Positions 9,853 through 19,877 of a stretch of 64,000 bases of DNA are shown here, piece by piece. Position 1 is the first letter of the stretch. The number at the start of each line of letters is the position of its first letter. Made by a program: the position numbers and the translations under genes. Under the pieces are notes generated by a model. It worked only from the letters and a program-made list of their open reading frames with translations, was not told the DNA's origin and did not search any database. The stretch is from Sphingobium sp. (lineage in GTDB: Bacteria > Pseudomonadota > Alphaproteobacteria > Sphingomonadales > Sphingomonadaceae): NCBI GenBank assembly GCA_033795485.1, contig JARYGO010000008.1:34994-98993 (forward strand), written 5' to 3'.

Positions 9853-11780
9853 GCCGGGAGCCTCCGCGCGCGCCACTTGGCCCGCCAGCCGCGCCGCTCC
9901 CGCCCGACCAGCGCCAGCGCCCCCCCCAGCGCGATCATCACGCCGCCCATCCAGATCAGCGTGACGAACGGCTTCCACCAGATGCGCATCTGCCAGCGGC
10001 CCGCATCGGCCTCCTGCCCCAGAACGACATAAAGCTGCCCGTTCCAGCGAGTCAGCAGGGCGGCCTCCGTCGTGGTCGTCGGCGGCGTCGAAAAGAAGCG
10101 CGACTGGGGATGAATCGCGACCGGCGCTCCCCCGTTCCGGCTGACCTGCATATCGGCCTGAAGCGCGGTCCAGTTGTCGCCGGCTACCGGCAGAATTCGG
10201 TCGAAATGCAGCGTCCAGCCCGCCGTGCGGATCCTCTCGCCGGGGCGGGCGGCGACCAGCTTCTCGACGGTGAAGGCCGAATCGGCGGCCATCCCGCCCA
10301 GGCTGACGGCGCAGCCCAGATGCGCGACGACCATGCCCCAGGTGAAGAGCGGCGTGCGCAGCAGATTGCGCTTCCACAGCGGCGCGAGGCTGGCGACCGC
10401 GACCGCGGAGGCGACGACCAGCCCGGCAAAGGGTAGCGCGCCGATCGAGCCGCCCACGCCGATCGCGAACGCGGCGAAGGCGATCAGCGCGACCATGGCC
10501 GGGACGATCAGCCGCCTGCCGACCGCCCGCGCCCGGTCCCGCCGCCAGCGGGTCAGTGGCCCGGCGGCCATGGCGATCATCAGCGCGAGCGCGATCGGCC
10601 CGGCGATCCGGTCGAAATAGGGCGGGCCGACCGAGACCTTGTGCCCGAACGCCTCGGTCATCAGCGGATAGAGGGTGCCGATGAGAACGAGGCCCAATAT
10701 GACCGTCAGCAGCAGGTTGTTGACGACCAGCATCGTCTCGCGGCTGACCAGCTCGAACCGCGCGCCTTCGCGCACCGCGCCGACCCGCCAGCCGAACAGC
10801 GCCAACGCCCCGCCGATATAGAGGGCGAGCAGCGCGAGGATGAAGGTGCCCCTCTCCGGATCGACGGCGAAGGCGTGGACGCTGGTCAATATGCCCGACC
10901 GGACGAGGAAGGTGCCGACCATCGACATGGAAAAGGCGACCACCGCCAGCATCACCGTCCATGTGCGCAGCGCGTCCCTGGTCGCGAGGACGGTGACGCT
11001 GTGGAGCAGCGCGGTCGCCGCCAGCCACGGCATCAGCGACGCATTCTCGACCGGGTCCCAGAACCACCAGCCGCCCCAGCCCAGTTCATAATAGGCCCAA
11101 TAGCTGCCCGCCGTGATGCCCAGCGTCAGCAGCACCCAGGCGGCGAGCACCCAGGGGCGCATGGCGCGGGCGAAGGTCGCGTCGACATTCCGCGTCAGCA
11201 GCGCCCCGATCGCGAAGGAAAAGGCGACCGACAGGCCGACATAGCCGAGATAAAGGGTCGGCGGATGGAAGGCGAGACCGGGGTCCTGGAGCAGCGGGTT
11301 CAGCCCCTGCCCGTCCTGCGGCGGCGGCGTGATCCGGGCAAAGGGATTGGAGGAAAAGAGCAGGAAGGCGTAGAAGCCCAGGCTGATCGCCGCCTGCCCG
11401 CCCAGCGTCGCCATATGAGTGTCGTGGCGCAGCGCTCGCTCGAACAGGGCGACGGCGGCGCCCGCCAGGCCCATGACCATCACCCACAGCAGCATCGACC
11501 CTTCATGATTGCCCCAGGTTCCGGCGAACTTGTACAGCCAGGGCTTGGCCGAATGGCTGTTGGTCGCGACCAGCAGCACCGACATGTCGGACCGCAGGAA
11601 CAAGGCGACGAGCGCGGCGAACGCGACGACGGCGAGCAGCCCCTGCCCCACGGCGACGGGCCGCACGCCGGCGAGCAGATCGGGCTTGTCGCCGGCGAGG
11701 CCGATGGCCGCCAGCGCCAGTTGGAGCAGCGCCAGCGCGGCGGCAAGCCAAAGTGCGGCAAGGCCGAGTTCCGCGATCAT
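9849..11780 (-). CDS. ccmF: Heme lyase subunit CcmF
   Basis: WGNHEGS, WAYYELGWGGWWFWDPVEN and SVHAFA motifs. Confidence 0.97.
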   Translation of the reverse strand: MIAELGLAALWLAAALALLQLALAAIGLAGDKPDLLAGVRPVAVGQGLLAVVAFAALVALFLRSDMSVLLVATNSHSAKPWLYKFAGTWGNHEGSMLLWVMVMGLAGAAVALFERALRHDTHMATLGGQAAISLGFYAFLLFSSNPFARITPPPQDGQGLNPLLQDPGLAFHPPTLYLGYVGLSVAFSFAIGALLTRNVDATFARAMRPWVLAAWVLLTLGITAGSYWAYYELGWGGWWFWDPVENASLMPWLAATALLHSVTVLATRDALRTWTVMLAVVAFSMSMVGTFLVRSGILTSVHAFAVDPERGTFILALLALYIGGALALFGWRVGAVREGARFELVSRETMLVVNNLLLTVILGLVLIGTLYPLMTEAFGHKVSVGPPYFDRIAGPIALALMIAMAAGPLTRWRRDRARAVGRRLIVPAMVALIAFAAFAIGVGGSIGALPFAGLVVASAVAVASLAPLWKRNLLRTPLFTWGMVVAHLGCAVSLGGMAADSAFTVEKLVAARPGERIRTAGWTLHFDRILPVAGDNWTALQADMQVSRNGGAPVAIHPQSRFFSTPPTTTTEAALLTRWNGQLYVVLGQEADAGRWQMRIWWKPFVTLIWMGGVMIALGGALALVGRERRGWRAKWRARRLPA

Positions 11781-11795
11781 TGCTCGGACGCCCCG

Positions 11796-11864
11796 CCGTC
11801 AGCCTGACGAAAGGCAGGATTGGTCATAAAGCCGATAGATGCTGGAACAAAGGCTCCATGACGG
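11796..11864. repeat. Degenerate family-A palindromic element between ccmE and ccmF
   Basis: CCGTCAGCCTGACGAAAGGCAGGAT...ATGACGG closely resembles the start and end of the 6012 element. Confidence 0.7.
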
Positions 11865-11883
11865 GAAGAAGGGGGGCCGAAAG

Positions 11884-12333
11884 TCACGTCCCCACCTTCG
11901 TCACTTCATGCGACGTCGCATTATATTCCATGCCCTCCAACTCGCGCGGCATGTAGCGTTCGTCATGCTTGGCGAGCAGGTTGGTCGCGACGAAGCCGCC
12001 CTTCGCGTCGAAGGCGCCTTCCGCCACCACGCCGGACCCTTCGCGGAACAGGTCGGGCGCGATGCCGCTGAAAGTGGCGGGCACGGTCGCCTTGCCGTCG
12101 GTCACGTCGAAGCGGATGGTGAGGCCGTCGGGCGCGCGCTTCAGGCTGTTCCTTACCACCATGCCGCCCAGCCGGATCGCCTTGCCGGGCTCGACCCCTT
12201 TGGCCTTCACATCGCCCGGCGTATAGAAATAGGCGGCCTCGTCCTTTAGCGCCGAGGCGGCGAGGAAGCCCGCGCCGATCAGCGCGACGAGCGCGGCGAG
12301 CGCCAGGACTAGCCGTTGATGCTTGGCCTTCAT
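11884..12333 (-). CDS. ccmE: Heme chaperone CcmE
   Basis: PDLFREGSGVV and LAKHDERYMP (heme-binding HxxxY). Confidence 0.95.
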   Translation of the reverse strand: MKAKHQRLVLALAALVALIGAGFLAASALKDEAAYFYTPGDVKAKGVEPGKAIRLGGMVVRNSLKRAPDGLTIRFDVTDGKATVPATFSGIAPDLFREGSGVVAEGAFDAKGGFVATNLLAKHDERYMPRELEGMEYNATSHEVTKVGT

Positions 12334-12470
12334 GGCCGGTCCAGTTCGGCTGCCCGCCGCTCGGCCCGGCGCATCGCGCGCCAGCTTGCGAAGGTGACGC
12401 CGGTCGTGCCCAGCAGCGTCAGCGCATAGGCGGCGATGACGAAGGTCCATTGGTGCACCATGCCGCTCAT
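12330..12470 (-). CDS. ccmD: Heme exporter protein CcmD
   Basis: 46-aa single-TM peptide (QWTFVIAAYALT...SWRAMRRAE) overlapping ccmC and ccmE. Confidence 0.75.
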   Translation of the reverse strand: MSGMVHQWTFVIAAYALTLLGTTGVTFASWRAMRRAERRAAELDRP

Positions 12471-13189
12471 CCCCGCGCCAGGCGCTGAAGCCGCGCCTCG
12501 ACCTTGTTGGTCGCCAGGATCGCGCGCATCCGCATCAACACTATGGCCGCGAACAACAGGGTGAAGCCTAGCAGCGTCGGACCCAGCGGCCAAAGCAGCG
12601 ACGGGTCGATACTGGAACCGCGAAGCGTGATGCTGGGGCCCTGGTGCAGACTGTTCCACCACACGACCGAGCGGTTTATGATCGGGATGTTGATCGCGCC
12701 GACCAGCCCGAAGATCGCCGCGACCGGGCTGACGCCGCCCTGCGCGTCCCTGGCGCTCGCCTGCGCCAGCGCGATATAGCCGAGATAGAGGAAGAACAGC
12801 ACCAGCATCGAGGTCATGCGCCCATCCCATTCCCACCATGTCCCCCAGGCCGGCCGACCCCAGAGGGAGCCGGTGAAGAGGCAGATGGCGGTGAACAGCG
12901 CGCCCGGCGCGGCGATCGCGCGCCCAGCGACGGCGGCGAGCGGGTGGCGCCAAACGATCTGCATCAGCGCGGCGATCGCAATGCCCGACCATCCCGCCAT
13001 GCCCAGCCATGCCGCGGGCACATGGATGTAGAGGATGCGGACCGTATCGCCCTGAAGATAGTCCGCCGGGGTCAGCAGCAGCCCGCAGACAGCGCCGGTC
13101 AGAAGCAGCGCAAGGCCCGGCCAGAACAGCCAGCCGGTCAGAGGCCGGGCGATCTTCAAGAAGCGGGCGGGATTGGCGAAGCGGTGCAT
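12467..13189 (-). CDS. ccmC: Heme exporter permease CcmC
   Basis: YIHVPAAW, WGRPAWGTWWEWDGR and WWNSLHQ motifs. Confidence 0.96.
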   Translation of the reverse strand: MHRFANPARFLKIARPLTGWLFWPGLALLLTGAVCGLLLTPADYLQGDTVRILYIHVPAAWLGMAGWSGIAIAALMQIVWRHPLAAVAGRAIAAPGALFTAICLFTGSLWGRPAWGTWWEWDGRMTSMLVLFFLYLGYIALAQASARDAQGGVSPVAAIFGLVGAINIPIINRSVVWWNSLHQGPSITLRGSSIDPSLLWPLGPTLLGFTLLFAAIVLMRMRAILATNKVEARLQRLARG

Positions 13190-13371
13190 TGCGGGAGCGT
13201 CTTTAGCCGCGCCCGTTCGGCAGCGCCAGTGGGCGCTTTCCCGCCATCGAAAAGGCGAGAAGGCGCTTTTTTGTTACAGGAGGGCGACAAGGCGGGTCCG
13301 AGCGACTATATGCCCGCCCGACGGCGCCGCCAAACTGGCGCGCAGGATCGGCATTGGACCCGTTCAAGCAC

Positions 13372-14832
13372 ATGCTCAGCACGAACCCTTTCGACGATGA
13401 CAAGCTCCGCGAGGAGTGCGGGATTTTCGGCATTTCCCGGATAGAGACGGCGTCGGCGGTCGTCGCCCTCGGCCTGCACGCTCTCCAGCATCGCGGGCAG
13501 GAAGCCGCCGGCATCACGAGCTGGGACGGGCATGATTTCCATACCCATCGCGCGATGGGCCATGTCGCGGGCAATTTCGACCGGGACGAGGTGATTCGCA
13601 GCCTGCCCGGCGACAGCGCCTGCGGCCATGTCCGCTATTCGACCACCGGCGAGACATCGCTTCGCAACGTCCAGCCGCTCTATGCCGAACTCAATTCCGG
13701 CGGCTTCGCGATCGCGCACAACGGCAACATCTCCAATGCGATGAAGCTGCGGCGCGAGCTGATCCGGCGCGGGTCGATCTTTCAGTCGACCTCCGATACC
13801 GAAGTCATCATCCATTTGGTCGCGACATCCAACTACCGCACCCTGCTCGACAAGTTCATCGACGCGCTGAAGCAGGTGGAGGGCGCCTATTCGCTGGTCG
13901 TCATGACGCCGGAGGGCATGATCGCCTGCCGCGACCCGCTGGGCATCCGGCCGCTGGTGATGGGTAAGCTGGGCGACGCGACGATCTTCGCGTCCGAAAC
14001 CGTGGCGCTGGACGTCGTCGGCGCCGACTATGTCCGCTCGATCAATCCGGGCGAGCTGGTGATCGCGACGCATGACGGAGAGGTGCGCAGCCATCGTCCG
14101 TTCAACGAAGTGTCGCCCCGCCCCTGCATCTTCGAACATGTCTATTTCAGCCGGCCCGATTCGATCGTCGATGGGTCCAGCGTCTATTCGGTCCGCAAGG
14201 CGATCGGCGCGCAGCTCGCCATCGAAAACCCGGTCGAGGCCGATTATGTGATCCCAGTGCCCGACAGCGGCGTGCCGGCGGCGATCGGCTATGCGCAGCA
14301 GTCGGGCATCCCCTTCGAGCTGGGGATCATCCGCTCACACTATATCGGCCGCACCTTCATCCAGCCGGGGGACAAGGTCCGCCACCTGGGCGTGAAGCTC
14401 AAGCACAACGCCAACCGCGCGCTGATCCAGGGCAAGCGTATCGTGCTGATCGACGATTCGATCGTGCGCGGCACCACATCCCTGAAGATCGTGCAGATGA
14501 TGCGGGAGGCGGGCGCGGCCGAGGTTCATATGCGGATCGCCAGCCCGCCGACCAAGCATAGCTGCTTCTATGGCGTCGACACGCCGGAGCGGACAAAGCT
14601 GCTGGCGCACAGGCTCGACATCGGCGGCATGCAGGACTTCATCCATGCCGACAGCCTGTCCTTCATCTCGATCGACGGCCTTTACAAAGCGCTGGGCGAG
14701 GCGAAGCGCGCAGATATCCGCCCGCAATATTGCGATGCCTGCTTCACCGGCGACTATCCCACCAGCCTGACCGACCAGGACGAGGCCGTCGTGCCCAACC
14801 AGTTCGAGCTGCTGCACGAACGGGTGGTCTGA
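13372..14832 (+). CDS. purF: Amidophosphoribosyltransferase
   Basis: Propeptide + EECGIFG, LQHRGQE, GHVRYST and LIDDSIVRGTT motifs. Confidence 0.98.
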   Translation: MLSTNPFDDDKLREECGIFGISRIETASAVVALGLHALQHRGQEAAGITSWDGHDFHTHRAMGHVAGNFDRDEVIRSLPGDSACGHVRYSTTGETSLRNVQPLYAELNSGGFAIAHNGNISNAMKLRRELIRRGSIFQSTSDTEVIIHLVATSNYRTLLDKFIDALKQVEGAYSLVVMTPEGMIACRDPLGIRPLVMGKLGDATIFASETVALDVVGADYVRSINPGELVIATHDGEVRSHRPFNEVSPRPCIFEHVYFSRPDSIVDGSSVYSVRKAIGAQLAIENPVEADYVIPVPDSGVPAAIGYAQQSGIPFELGIIRSHYIGRTFIQPGDKVRHLGVKLKHNANRALIQGKRIVLIDDSIVRGTTSLKIVQMMREAGAAEVHMRIASPPTKHSCFYGVDTPERTKLLAHRLDIGGMQDFIHADSLSFISIDGLYKALGEAKRADIRPQYCDACFTGDYPTSLTDQDEAVVPNQFELLHERVV

Positions 14833-14851
14833 AAAACCCGTTTCCTCCACC

Positions 14852-14923
14852 CCGTGCATGTCGAGCGCGATCGAGACATGCCCGCGCCTGCCCCCGTCCC
14901 TCGACGATGATCGGGACGAACGG
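14852..14923. repeat. Degenerate palindromic element, family B (CCGT...TCGAG...CGAACGG)
   Basis: Internal hairpin CATGTCGAGCGCGATCGAGACATG and terminal GACGAACGG; resembles 62291-62407. Confidence 0.6.
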
Positions 14924-14932
14924 AAGAATGAT

Positions 14933-15646
14933 ATGTCCGACCTTCCCCTTACCGGAAAACTTGCCCTCATCACCGGCGCCAGCCGGGGCATCGGCGCCGC
15001 GACCGCCAGGGCGCTCGGCGCGGCGGGCGCGCATGTCATCCTGACGGCGCGGACGACGGGCGCGCTGGAGGAGGTCGAGGAGGCCATCTACGCGGCCGGC
15101 GGCAGCGCGACCATCGCGCCGCTGGACCTGACCGACGGCGAGAGCATCGGGCGTCTGGCGAGCGCGGTGGCGAGCCGCTGGCAGGCGCTCGACATGCTGG
15201 TGCTCAACGCCGCGACGCTGGGCAGCCTCGCCTCGGTCCCGGCGATCGACGCCAAGGAGTTCGCCCGGCTGCTGACGCTCAACATCGGCGCGCAGCAGGC
15301 GCTGATCGCCGCCTTCGATCCGATGCTGCGGGCGAGTGGGGACGCGCGGATCGTCGCCGTCACATCATCCGTGGGCGCGACACCACGCGCCTATTGGGGC
15401 GCCTATGGCGCGTCCAAGGCGGCGCTGGAGATATTGGTCGGCGCCTATGGCGAGGAGATGAAGAATATCTCCGCCATTCGCACCCACATCGTCGATCCGG
15501 GGGCCACCCGCACGGCGATGCGCGCGCGCGCCTATCCGGGCGAGGACCCGGCGACGCTGAAAGGACCGGAGGTGGTGGCCGACGCGATCGTGAATCTTGT
15601 AAGCACAGATATGCCGACAGGGCACCGGCTGCGCGTCGGGGGTTAA
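14933..15646 (+). CDS. SDR-family oxidoreductase (YciK-like)
   Basis: TGASRGIG and YGASK catalytic motif. Confidence 0.9.
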   Translation: MSDLPLTGKLALITGASRGIGAATARALGAAGAHVILTARTTGALEEVEEAIYAAGGSATIAPLDLTDGESIGRLASAVASRWQALDMLVLNAATLGSLASVPAIDAKEFARLLTLNIGAQQALIAAFDPMLRASGDARIVAVTSSVGATPRAYWGAYGASKAALEILVGAYGEEMKNISAIRTHIVDPGATRTAMRARAYPGEDPATLKGPEVVADAIVNLVSTDMPTGHRLRVGG

Positions 15647-16914
15647 TTCGCCGGCTTGACCAGCGTCACCTGAGCGACGTCGATCGTGCCGCCCCGGAAG
15701 CCGCCTTCGCAATACATCAGATAATAGCGCCACAGACCGACGAAGGTCGCGTCGAAGGCTGGCGGCAGGCGGCCTTCCTCCACGGCCGCGTCGAAGCGGT
15801 CGCGCCAGATTTTGAGGGTGCGGGCATAGTCTGCGCCGAAACGGCGAACGTCGCGCCATTCCAGCCCCTGACGTTCGACCAGCGAACGGAAACGGCTTTC
15901 CGACATCAGCATGCCGCCGGGGAAGATATAGGTCTGGATGAAGTCGGCGGCGGCGGCGTAGCCGGGGAATATGGCGTCGTCGATCAATATATATTGGATC
16001 GCCGCTCGTCCGCCCGGCTTCAGCAGCCGCTCAACCGCCGCGACATAATCGGGCCAGTAGCGCTCGCCGACCGCCTCGATCATCTCGACGCTGGCGATGG
16101 CGTCATACTGGCCGACCGCGTCGCGATAGTCGGTCAGCAGGATGCGCGCGCCCTCGCCAAGCCTGGAGCGGGCATAGTCGGCCTGCTCGACCGAAAGAGT
16201 CAATCCGTCATAGCGGATCGAAACGCGCGCCATCGCCTGCCGGGCCAGCCCGCCCCATCCGCATCCTATTTCCAGCATCGCCTTGCCGGGCGCAAGGTCG
16301 AGCCGGTCGAGGATCGCATCGACCTTGCGCGCCTGCGCGGCTTCCAGATCATCCTCAACACCGTCGAACAAGGCACTAGAATAATGCATGTTCTGGTCGA
16401 GCCAGAGCGCATAGAAGTCATTGCCCAGGTCATAGTGAAAGGCGATGTTGTGGCGCGACCCGCTGCGGCTGTTGCGCCGCGCCCAATGGATCGCCCGCCC
16501 CAGCCAGCGGGCCGCGCCCTTGGGCCGGGCGACATCGCCGAGCGACCGCGCGTTCGCCATGAACAGGGCGAACAGCGGCACCGGATCGGGACTGCTCCAT
16601 TCGCCCGCCGCCCATGCCCGATACCAGCCGACCGACCCGCCGGTCGCCAGCCGCAGCAGCGCCCGCCAATGACGCAGATCGACGTCGCACACCGGACCCG
16701 GCGCGCGCGCGCCCAGGATGCGGACGCTGCCGTCGGGCAGGCTGGCGTTGAGCGTGCCCGACGCCAGCCCCGAATCGATCCGGTCGATCAGCCGGTGAAA
16801 ACGCGGTCCGACGAGCCACGCGACCAATGCGCCCATTGCCGGTCCGATACCGCCTGCCTTGCGGGCACGGCGGCTCATGGCGCGCGGCGGGCGGCGGGGG
16901 TCGATCGCGTTCAT
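15643..16914 (-). CDS. cfa: Cyclopropane-fatty-acyl-phospholipid synthase family methyltransferase
   Basis: HYDLGNDFY, LEIGCGWG, YIFPGGML and WRYYLMYCEGGF motifs. Confidence 0.88.
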   Translation of the reverse strand: MNAIDPRRPPRAMSRRARKAGGIGPAMGALVAWLVGPRFHRLIDRIDSGLASGTLNASLPDGSVRILGARAPGPVCDVDLRHWRALLRLATGGSVGWYRAWAAGEWSSPDPVPLFALFMANARSLGDVARPKGAARWLGRAIHWARRNSRSGSRHNIAFHYDLGNDFYALWLDQNMHYSSALFDGVEDDLEAAQARKVDAILDRLDLAPGKAMLEIGCGWGGLARQAMARVSIRYDGLTLSVEQADYARSRLGEGARILLTDYRDAVGQYDAIASVEMIEAVGERYWPDYVAAVERLLKPGGRAAIQYILIDDAIFPGYAAAADFIQTYIFPGGMLMSESRFRSLVERQGLEWRDVRRFGADYARTLKIWRDRFDAAVEEGRLPPAFDATFVGLWRYYLMYCEGGFRGGTIDVAQVTLVKPAN

Positions 16915-17164
16915 CGCGCCAGCTTTGCCCCAAGCCCGGCGCGCCTTCAATCATGCTTTAGCGACTCGCCGGGCCGCTGGCGCATGTTCCAGCGCTTCGC
17001 GATGCTCACGATATGCTGCCAGCTTGATCCAGATCACCGCATCGGCCCATGGACGCGCGCCGCTGCGCCGCCTATCCTGTGGCATGCGCCGACAGGGCGG
17101 CGCGGCGCGGTCCGCCTCAGGGCTGTAGCTGAAAACGGGATTTTTCAGGGATATATGGGCGGAT

Positions 17165-17641
17165 ATGCCGAATAGCGATGAACTGCCTTACCGGCCTTGC
17201 GTGGGAATCATGCTGGTCAACATGGACGGCAAGGTCTTTGTCGGCCAGCGAATCGACAACAAGGTGGAAGCCTGGCAGATGCCGCAGGGCGGGATCGACG
17301 AGGGGGAAGATCCCCGCGCGACGGCGATCCGGGAACTGGGCGAGGAAACCGGCATCGCGCCCGAGCATGTCGAGATCATCGCGACCGCACGCTCGGAACT
17401 ATTCTACGATCTGCCCACCGAACTGGTCGGTCAGATCTGGGGCGGCAAATATCGCGGGCAGCGGCAGATCTGGTATCTGGCGCGCTTCACCGGCAAGGAC
17501 AGCGACATCGACATCCAGACCGACCATCCGGAGTTTCGGGACTGGAAATGGGCCTCGCCCGAAAGCCTTCCCGAACTGATCGTGCCGTTCAAGAAAAAGC
17601 TGTATCGCGACATACTCCAAGAGTTTCGCGACCTCATCTGA
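17165..17641 (+). CDS. rppH: RNA pyrophosphohydrolase (Nudix)
   Basis: YRPCVG, WQMPQGGIDEGE...RELGEETG and YRGQRQ motifs. Confidence 0.94.
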   Translation: MPNSDELPYRPCVGIMLVNMDGKVFVGQRIDNKVEAWQMPQGGIDEGEDPRATAIRELGEETGIAPEHVEIIATARSELFYDLPTELVGQIWGGKYRGQRQIWYLARFTGKDSDIDIQTDHPEFRDWKWASPESLPELIVPFKKKLYRDILQEFRDLI

Positions 17642-17697
17642 CGCGGTCTGTCGCAGAGGGGGTTAAAATCCTGATCTTGTCGGACTATTGTGCGCCG

Positions 17698-18606
17698 ATG
17701 CGTTCCCTGTTGCTCCTTGCCGCCGCCATCCCTCTGCTGGCCGCGACCCCGGCCCATGCCGCCGATGCGCCGCTGCTTCCCCCGTCTGTTCGCGAGATGA
17801 TGGAGGCGGCGATCGCCAACGGCAATGAAACGGAGATCGCCACCGTGGCCAAGATCGCCAGGCAGACTAACCCGGGGTCGGCAGACGAGATCGCGAGGAT
17901 GGTGAAAAGCTGGAAAGACCGCACTCGCCAAACGCGTGAGACCGTGATCCGCGAGGCCAGCTTCACGGACCTTTGGACCGGGCGGATCGAGGTGGGCGGC
18001 TTCCGCTCGACCGGATCGACCAGCGAACTGGGCATCAGCGGCACGGCGAACGTCAAGCGCACGGGGATCGAATGGAGCCATGAACTGGTGGCCAGCGCCG
18101 ATTATCGCCGCGCGAACGGCATCGTTTCGCGCGACCGTTATCTGGCATCCTATCAGCCCAGATATCAATTCGATCCGCGCGGTTTCGCCTATGGACTGAT
18201 ACAGTTCGAGCGTGACGCCTCGATCGGCTATGAACAGCGCTACACCGCCTCGACCGGCATCGGCTACAAGCTGATCGTCAGCACGCCGCTCGACCTTCAA
18301 GTCGATGCAGGTCCTTCGGTCCGCTATGCTCATTATACGACGGGCGAGCGGGAAACGAAGGTCGGCGGCCGTGGATCGCTGGACCTTGCCTGGCGTCTCG
18401 CGCCCAACCTCACCTTCAAGCAGACCGCCTCGGGCTATGCCGAAAGCGATGTCTACAGCTTCACCGCGCTGAGCGCGCTGGAGACCAAGGTCGCCGCCCG
18501 CTGGACGACGCGCTTTTCCTACAACGTCCAATATGAAAGCGAATCGGTGGTCAAGGACAAGACGTTCGACACGCTGAGCCGGGTGACGCTGACCTACGAT
18601 TTCTGA
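17698..18606 (+). CDS. DUF481/YdiY-like outer-membrane beta-barrel protein
   Basis: Signal peptide, amphipathic beta-strands and C-terminal TLTYDF. Confidence 0.75.
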   Translation: MRSLLLLAAAIPLLAATPAHAADAPLLPPSVREMMEAAIANGNETEIATVAKIARQTNPGSADEIARMVKSWKDRTRQTRETVIREASFTDLWTGRIEVGGFRSTGSTSELGISGTANVKRTGIEWSHELVASADYRRANGIVSRDRYLASYQPRYQFDPRGFAYGLIQFERDASIGYEQRYTASTGIGYKLIVSTPLDLQVDAGPSVRYAHYTTGERETKVGGRGSLDLAWRLAPNLTFKQTASGYAESDVYSFTALSALETKVAARWTTRFSYNVQYESESVVKDKTFDTLSRVTLTYDF

Positions 18607-18653
18607 GGATGCGCGGGGTGGAGGCGGGCCGGTCGGTCTGATACATCATCCGC

Positions 18654-19877
18654 ATGAGAGGATTGATGCCCGGCGAGCAGGCGGTCGTGGAGCAGGCGAT
18701 GGCCGCGCCCATGCTGGACGCCGTGCTGCGATGGAGCGCCGTCAACAGTGGCTCGCGCCACCTCGCCGGCCTTGACGTCATGGCGAGGGCGCTGGCCGAC
18801 GCCTTCGCGGTGCTGCCGGGGGACATAATGCTGATCGACGGCACGCTGGTCGAGGCGGTGGATGCTGACGGCGGCATCCGCGCGGTGGCTCATGGCCGCC
18901 ATCTGCGGCTCTCCGTCCGTCCCGACGCGCCACGCCGGATATTGCTAACCGGCCATATGGACACGGTGTTCGGCGCAGATCACCCATTCCAGGCGGTACG
19001 CTGGGTGGAGCAGGGCGTGCTGAACGGCCCCGGCGTCGCCGACATGAAGGGGGGCATCGCCCTGATGCTAGCGGCCCTGAACGCCTTCGAGGACAGCGCG
19101 GACGCTCCGCGCCTGGGCTATGACGTCATCATCAACAGCGACGAGGAAGTAGGAAGCCCTTCCTCCTCCGCTCTGCTGGCCCGGATGGCGCGCGGCAAGG
19201 TCGCGGCGCTGACCTATGAGCCGGCGCTGCCCGACGGCACGCTGGCGGGCGCGCGCGCCGGAAGCGGCAATTTCTCCATCATCGTCACCGGCCGAGCCGC
19301 CCATGCGGGGCGCAATCCGCAAGACGGGCGCAACGCCCTGGTCGCGGCGGCGGATGTCGCGTTGCGCCTGAAGGCCGCGAGCGGCGCCGGCTTTTCCTGC
19401 AATCCGGCCCGCATAGACGGCGGCGGGCCGAACAATGTCGTGCCCGATCATGCGGTGCTGCGAGTCAATTTCCGCCCGCGCACCTTGGCGGACGAAGCCG
19501 ACGCCCGGGCGCTGATCGACCATGTCATGGCTGAGGTAGCGCGCGATCATGACGTCAGCCTGCGCCTGCATGGCGGTTTCGGCCGTCCGCCCAAGGCCAT
19601 GGACGCGGCGGCGGAGCGATTGTTCGCGCTGGTGCGGCGGTGCGGCGCGGAGCTGGGCCTCGACCTTGGCTGGCGCGACACCGGCGGCGTGTGCGACGGC
19701 AATAATATCGCCGCCTGCGGCGTGCCGGTGGTCGACACGATGGGCGCGCGGGGCGGCGATATCCATAGCGACGCCGAGTTCCTGCTGACCGACAGCCTTC
19801 CCGAACGGGCCGCCCTGTCGGCGCTGACGCTGCTGCGCATCGCGAACGGGCAATTCGACCAGGGGAGCGGTCTTTGA
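18654..19877 (+). CDS. M20-family metallohydrolase (carboxypeptidase G2/ArgE-like)
   Basis: GHMDTVF, GPGVADMKGG, DEEVGS and GGVCDGN motifs. Confidence 0.9.
   Translation: MRGLMPGEQAVVEQAMAAPMLDAVLRWSAVNSGSRHLAGLDVMARALADAFAVLPGDIMLIDGTLVEAVDADGGIRAVAHGRHLRLSVRPDAPRRILLTGHMDTVFGADHPFQAVRWVEQGVLNGPGVADMKGGIALMLAALNAFEDSADAPRLGYDVIINSDEEVGSPSSSALLARMARGKVAALTYEPALPDGTLAGARAGSGNFSIIVTGRAAHAGRNPQDGRNALVAAADVALRLKAASGAGFSCNPARIDGGGPNNVVPDHAVLRVNFRPRTLADEADARALIDHVMAEVARDHDVSLRLHGGFGRPPKAMDAAAERLFALVRRCGAELGLDLGWRDTGGVCDGNNIAACGVPVVDTMGARGGDIHSDAEFLLTDSLPERAALSALTLLRIANGQFDQGSGL

Noticed and set aside
9853-11067. 580-aa ORF suggesting a large CcmG fusion
   Set aside because: The upstream part is an alternative frame of ccmF; CcmG starts at 9852.
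8262-13189. Absence of ccmA/ccmB from the ccm cluster
   Set aside because: Split ccm loci are common in alphaproteobacteria; these genes probably lie elsewhere in the genome.
13290-13365. Possible purine-sensing riboswitch in the purF leader (CGGGTCCGA/TTGGACCCG stem)
   Set aside because: No ZTP, PRPP or purine riboswitch consensus recognised; the 5' arm probably lies within the promoter (GCGACA-N17-TATATG), upstream of the transcript.
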